The notes under the pieces are model-generated. The model ran no database searches. It had not been told where the DNA came from and was given only the letters and a program-made list of their open reading frames with translations. A stretch of DNA of 39,148 bases, taken from the NCBI GenBank assembly GCA_947481755.1, contig CANKHS010000001.1, positions 1-39,148 on the forward strand, written 5' to 3'. Both the position numbers and the translations under genes were made by a program. This stretch comes from Actinomycetota bacterium. GTDB taxonomy: Bacteria; Actinomycetota; Thermoleophilia; Gaiellales; F1-60-MAGs149. Positions 35,821 to 39,148 of the stretch are shown here, piece by piece; within the stretch, counting starts at the first letter, position 1; every line of letters starts with the position of its first letter.

Positions 35821-36534
35821 GTGGCTGAAAACGAACCGACAGAGGTCGCACTCGCGACAATCCGTGCGGAGCAGGCGCGCGTGGTGTTGCTCGACCAGGT
35901 GCTCTCGCAGTCGCCGCCGGATCAGGTGATGGAGCACGCCACAGAACTCGGCATCGATCTCGGTGGGCGCCGCAGTGTGCTTGTCGTTGGCACGGTCTCG
36001 ACGGCTGTCTTGGAGCGCCTTCGCGACGCAGCACTCTTGGTTGGCGTTCGAAGCGGAACAATTATCGCGATCGTTAGTGGCCGCGTCCCTCGTGGTGCCG
36101 AGACGGCAGGCCTCGGTCGTCCGGGGCTGGGCGTGACCGGTATCCGAACCTCATTCGGTGAGGCCGAGCGCGCACTCGAAGTTGCCCGTCGGCTCGGGTT
36201 GCGTGGTGTCGTCCCGTTCGCCGACGTGCTGCCAGAGGCACTGATCGGACAGGATCGCGAGACGCTCCGCGAGTTGGTCGAGCTCACACTCGAGCCTCTG
36301 CATAGCAATCGCCAGAGTGGGCCGCAGTACGTAGAGACGGCCACGACCTGGCTCCAAGAGGGTCTCAGCGTTGCGGCCACCGCCCGGGCACTCGACGTCC
36401 ACGAGCGAACCGTGCGCTACCGCCTGGCCCGGATCGCAAAGCTGACGTCACTCGATCTCCAGCACGCTGACGATCGCTTTCGACTCGAGCTCGCCCTGCG
36501 TGGCTCGCGCCTGCTGGACGCTGTCTCCGACTAG
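35821..36534 (+). CDS. PucR/CdaR-type transcriptional regulator (C-terminal HTH)
   Basis: C-terminus YVETATTWLQEGLSVAATARALDVHERTVRYRLARIAKLTSLDLQHADDRFRLELALR is typical of the PucR C-terminal helix-turn-helix. GTG start. Confidence 0.7.
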   Translation: MAENEPTEVALATIRAEQARVVLLDQVLSQSPPDQVMEHATELGIDLGGRRSVLVVGTVSTAVLERLRDAALLVGVRSGTIIAIVSGRVPRGAETAGLGRPGLGVTGIRTSFGEAERALEVARRLGLRGVVPFADVLPEALIGQDRETLRELVELTLEPLHSNRQSGPQYVETATTWLQEGLSVAATARALDVHERTVRYRLARIAKLTSLDLQHADDRFRLELALRGSRLLDAVSD

Positions 36535-36950
36535 GACCAGACCATTTCGTCGGTGTCGCCCCACTCGGCGGGCAGTGGTGTGCCTGTGGCGCGATGGAGT
36601 GCGAGCTTGAGCGTGCCAAGTCCCAACACCGCACACTTGACGCGCATCGCCGATAGTGGGATCGCTAGCTCGTCCAGGATTGCCTGCGAAGGCAACGCAG
36701 CCGCCTCGTCGACGGTCAGTCCCTGCACGAGTTCGGTCAACATCGAGGTGGCCGCCTGGGAGACGGCACAGCCGTGGCCCGTAAAGCGCATCTCTTCAAT
36801 CGCCCCGTCCGTGAGTTTGACCTGCACGACGACCTGGTCTCCACAGAGTGGGTTCTGCCCCTCGGCCTCGGCATCGCACTCGGCCATCGGGCCGTGGTGG
36901 CGTGGATGCTGGTAGTGGTCCATCAGGTTCTCGCGGTAGAGATCGTCCAT
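36531..36950 (-). CDS. sufU: SUF-type Fe-S cluster scaffold/sulfur acceptor SufU (IscU/NifU-like)
   Basis: LYRENLMDHYQHPRHHG, NPLCGD, GHGCAVSQA and MRVKCAVLG supply the three conserved Cys ligands in their SufU context. Confidence 0.9.
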   Translation of the reverse strand: MDDLYRENLMDHYQHPRHHGPMAECDAEAEGQNPLCGDQVVVQVKLTDGAIEEMRFTGHGCAVSQAATSMLTELVQGLTVDEAAALPSQAILDELAIPLSAMRVKCAVLGLGTLKLALHRATGTPLPAEWGDTDEMVWS

Positions 36951-36952
36951 CG

Positions 36953-38203
36953 TCAGACTCCCATCACTCGGCGGACGTCGAGCAATCCGTCGACGAGCCG
37001 ATCGATCTCGGCGTCGGTCGTGTAAAGGTAGAACGAGGCACGTACGGTGGCAGCGACTCCGAGGCGTTCGATCAAGGGTTGAGTGCAGTGGTGTCCAGCG
37101 CGCACACAGACAGCATGCCGATCGAGGATCTCGGCAATGTCGTGCGGGTGTACGTCTTCGAGCAGGAAGGAGACGACGCCCCCTCGTGCTGCCGCGGTCT
37201 GAGGCCCAATAATCCGCAGGCTCGGCACCTCAGCAAGACGTCCAAGCGCGTACTCCGTGATCGCGTGCTCGTGAGCGTCAATCGCTTCGAGACCGACAGC
37301 GTGTAGGTAGTCGATTGCCGCGTGGAGTCCGACGGCCTCGGCATAGGCGGGGGTGCCGGCCTCGAACTTCCAGGGCAGGCTATTCCACGAGGTGCGCTCG
37401 AGCTTGACCGAGCGGATCATCTCGCCACCCGTCAGGAACGGCTGCAGCTCGGCAAGCAGCGACTCGCGACCCCAGAGTGCACCGATGCCTGTTGGCCCGA
37501 GCGTCTTATGTCCGGAGAAGGCGAGGAAGTCCACATCGAGCGCCTGTACATCAACGGGCCGATTGGGCACCGTCTGCGCCGCATCGAGCACGACAACGGC
37601 GCCTTGTGCATGGGCCCAGGCGACGAGTTCCGCCACGGGCGGCCGCACCCCAAGCGTGTTCGACTGGTGGGTCACCGCGACGAGCTTCACATTGCCCTCA
37701 CGCGCGATCGCATCGAGCGCGTCGAGCTGGAGGTTGCCTTGGTCATCGATGTCGAGAAACCGCAATGTGGCACCGGTCTGCTCGGCCAGCACCTGCCACG
37801 GCACGAGGTTGGCGTGGTGCTCGAGCACCGTGGAGACGATCACGTCTCCCGGGCCACAGTTCTGCGCGCCATACGTCTTGGCGACGAGGTTGAGCGCCTC
37901 GGTCGTGTTGCGCGTAAAGATCACTTCGCGGCGAGACGGTGCGTTCAGCAGCGCGGCAACGGCATCGCGCGCCGCCTCGAAGGCATCCGTACTCTCCACG
38001 CCGAGCGTATAGACGCCGCGATGCACGTTGGCATTCGACGTGGAATAGAAGCGCGTCATGGCGTCGAGCATCTGCTGCGGCTTTTGCGACGTCGAGGCCG
38101 AATCGAGGTAGGCCAATGGCTGTCCGTGCAGTTCCCGCGCGAGAATCGGAAAATCTGCGCGGATGCGGGCTAGATCGGTCGGAGTAAGGGGCGAAACCGT
38201 CAC
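36953..38203 (-). CDS. sufS: cysteine desulfurase SufS (class II aminotransferase V)
   Basis: IRADFPIL...YLDSASTSQKP, the PLP-lysine context FSGHKTLGPTGIGALWG, and the catalytic Cys context RAGHHCTQPL. GTG start. sufU follows after 2 nt. Confidence 0.9.
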   Translation of the reverse strand: MTVSPLTPTDLARIRADFPILARELHGQPLAYLDSASTSQKPQQMLDAMTRFYSTSNANVHRGVYTLGVESTDAFEAARDAVAALLNAPSRREVIFTRNTTEALNLVAKTYGAQNCGPGDVIVSTVLEHHANLVPWQVLAEQTGATLRFLDIDDQGNLQLDALDAIAREGNVKLVAVTHQSNTLGVRPPVAELVAWAHAQGAVVVLDAAQTVPNRPVDVQALDVDFLAFSGHKTLGPTGIGALWGRESLLAELQPFLTGGEMIRSVKLERTSWNSLPWKFEAGTPAYAEAVGLHAAIDYLHAVGLEAIDAHEHAITEYALGRLAEVPSLRIIGPQTAAARGGVVSFLLEDVHPHDIAEILDRHAVCVRAGHHCTQPLIERLGVAATVRASFYLYTTDAEIDRLVDGLLDVRRVMGV

Positions 38204-38405
38204 GAGTTAGGGCAGTCTAACGCAGGAGCTTTTAATCATGTGCGCCCGATCACAATACGGGCGCAACAGATTCTTAATAGTGATCCGCGATCGTTCCCTC
38301 AATGCACGCCACGCCAGACCAGACCGTCAGATTTCTATTGCTCGATCGTCGTCTACAATGGGCGCGGTATTTCGGTTCCCTCCACGCCCGAAACGAAACT
38401 TCTTA

Positions 38406-39148
38406 ATGCGCCGCTTTGCCTCTCTCCTGATCGCCCTCTCCGCTTTCGCGGTGACGCCTGCGATCGCCAATGCTGCGCCATCGCAAGACTATGTCGTCAT
38501 CCTCGATGACACCGCGAACGTGACCGCCAAGGTTCATTCCGAGGAGGCACGACAGAACGACGTCAGCCAGGTCTTCCGTCACGGCATCGATGGCTTCGTC
38601 GCCAGCCTCGACGCAACCGACGTGCGGCGCCTTCGCAACGACCCCCAGGTCTTGGTCGTCGAGCGCGACCGTCAGCTCTACTCTCTCGACACGACGAGCG
38701 TTGCGGACGTGCCCGCCGGAGCCAAGATCGGCTCCGTGATTCCGAACCGCTACATCGTCACCGTCGTCGCCAATACGCAGCCAGCGGTGTTTGCTCACAG
38801 TGCAGGGGCAACTCCCCTCGCCGTCTTTACTCACGCCCTCAACGGCTTCACGGCCGACCTCACACCCAGCCAGGTTGCTGCGCTTGCGCACGACCCCTCG
38901 GTGACGCGCATCGAGCCCGATCGTGTGGTGGGCATCAACACCACCCAGAACCCAGCGACGTGGGGTCTCGACCGCATCGACCAGCGCAATCTGCCACTCG
39001 ATTCGAGGTACACGTATACCGCCACAGGCGCTGGTGTGAAGGCCTACATCATTGACACGGGCATCCTCAGCTCGCACAGCGACTTTGGGGGTCGTGTCGT
39101 CAGTGGCTACACGGCGATCAGCGATGGCAATGGCACAACCGACTGCAA
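38406..39148 (+). CDS. secreted subtilisin-like S8 peptidase (proteinase-K-like), N-terminal part with two tandem I9 propeptide-like domains; runs off the right edge
   Basis: My own translation from the ATG at 38406 gives the signal peptide [23 protein letters not shown]. Two I9-like units follow: YVVILDD...[29 protein letters not shown] and YIVTVVAN...[28 protein letters not shown]. The catalytic domain then starts with [14 protein letters not shown]...[11 protein letters not shown]. The ORF is open to the window end and so is absent from the ORF track. Confidence 0.85.
   Translation, partial: MRRFASLLIALSAFAVTPAIANAAPSQDYVVILDDTANVTAKVHSEEARQNDVSQVFRHGIDGFVASLDATDVRRLRNDPQVLVVERDRQLYSLDTTSVADVPAGAKIGSVIPNRYIVTVVANTQPAVFAHSAGATPLAVFTHALNGFTADLTPSQVAALAHDPSVTRIEPDRVVGINTTQNPATWGLDRIDQRNLPLDSRYTYTATGAGVKAYIIDTGILSSHSDFGGRVVSGYTAISDGNGTTDC

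Noticed and set aside
38240-38509. An 89-aa ORF spanning the sufS/protease spacer.
   Set aside because: It runs across the AT-rich promoter region into the protease signal-peptide region in another frame, and has no motif or Shine-Dalgarno sequence. It is probably spurious.
1-39148. A genomic island, prophage, CRISPR-Cas or other defence locus.
   Set aside because: I found no integrase, transposase, recombinase, cas gene, repeat-spacer array or flanking tRNA. By eye the only compositional dips are short intergenic spacers. The gene content is housekeeping and envelope-related.

Overview
This is a GC-rich, densely coding window (about 40 CDS, many joined by ATGA/GTGA/1-nt overlaps). It looks like chromosomal core of an Actinomycetota-type genome. 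That call is an inference from the markers DUF3662-FHA FhaA, PASTA-PknB, PdtaS/PdtaR, LytR_C and DUF4446; gene order suggests a deep-branching lineage rather than Mycobacterium or Streptomyces. I saw no rRNA, tRNA, CRISPR array, transposase, integrase or phage gene. Contents from left to right: holB(partial)-tmk; a LytR_C / O-antigen-ligase-TPR / secreted-protein trio; ybjQ; an orphan fabF; a secreted LTXXQ-like repeat protein followed by an OmpR/HisKA two-component system; an eight-gene co-directional string (ComA-family phosphosulfolactate synthase, two flavoproteins, an ACT-like protein, a FlgD-Ig protein, an SDR epimerase, a GT2 and a deacetylase-like protein); a minus-strand run (CARDB membrane protein, DUF4446, HNH, pdtaS, pdtaR, clpS); the cell-wall signalling operon (polytopic STPK)-fhaA-fhaB-pstP-rodA-pbpA-pknB-ddl; a stand-alone MviN-type pseudokinase; dcd; a structured 250-nt spacer; a large GT-C-like membrane protein; a PucR-type regulator; sufU-sufS; and the start of an S8 peptidase with a duplicated I9 propeptide. 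I do not see a clear defence or mobile system. The candidates most worth follow-up are the ComA+flavoprotein cluster, the polytopic kinase heading the fhaA-pknB operon, the split MviN-like pseudokinase, the structured spacer at 33847-34096, and the translationally coupled pdtaS-pdtaR-clpS unit. All family calls rest on motif recognition by eye; no searches were run.
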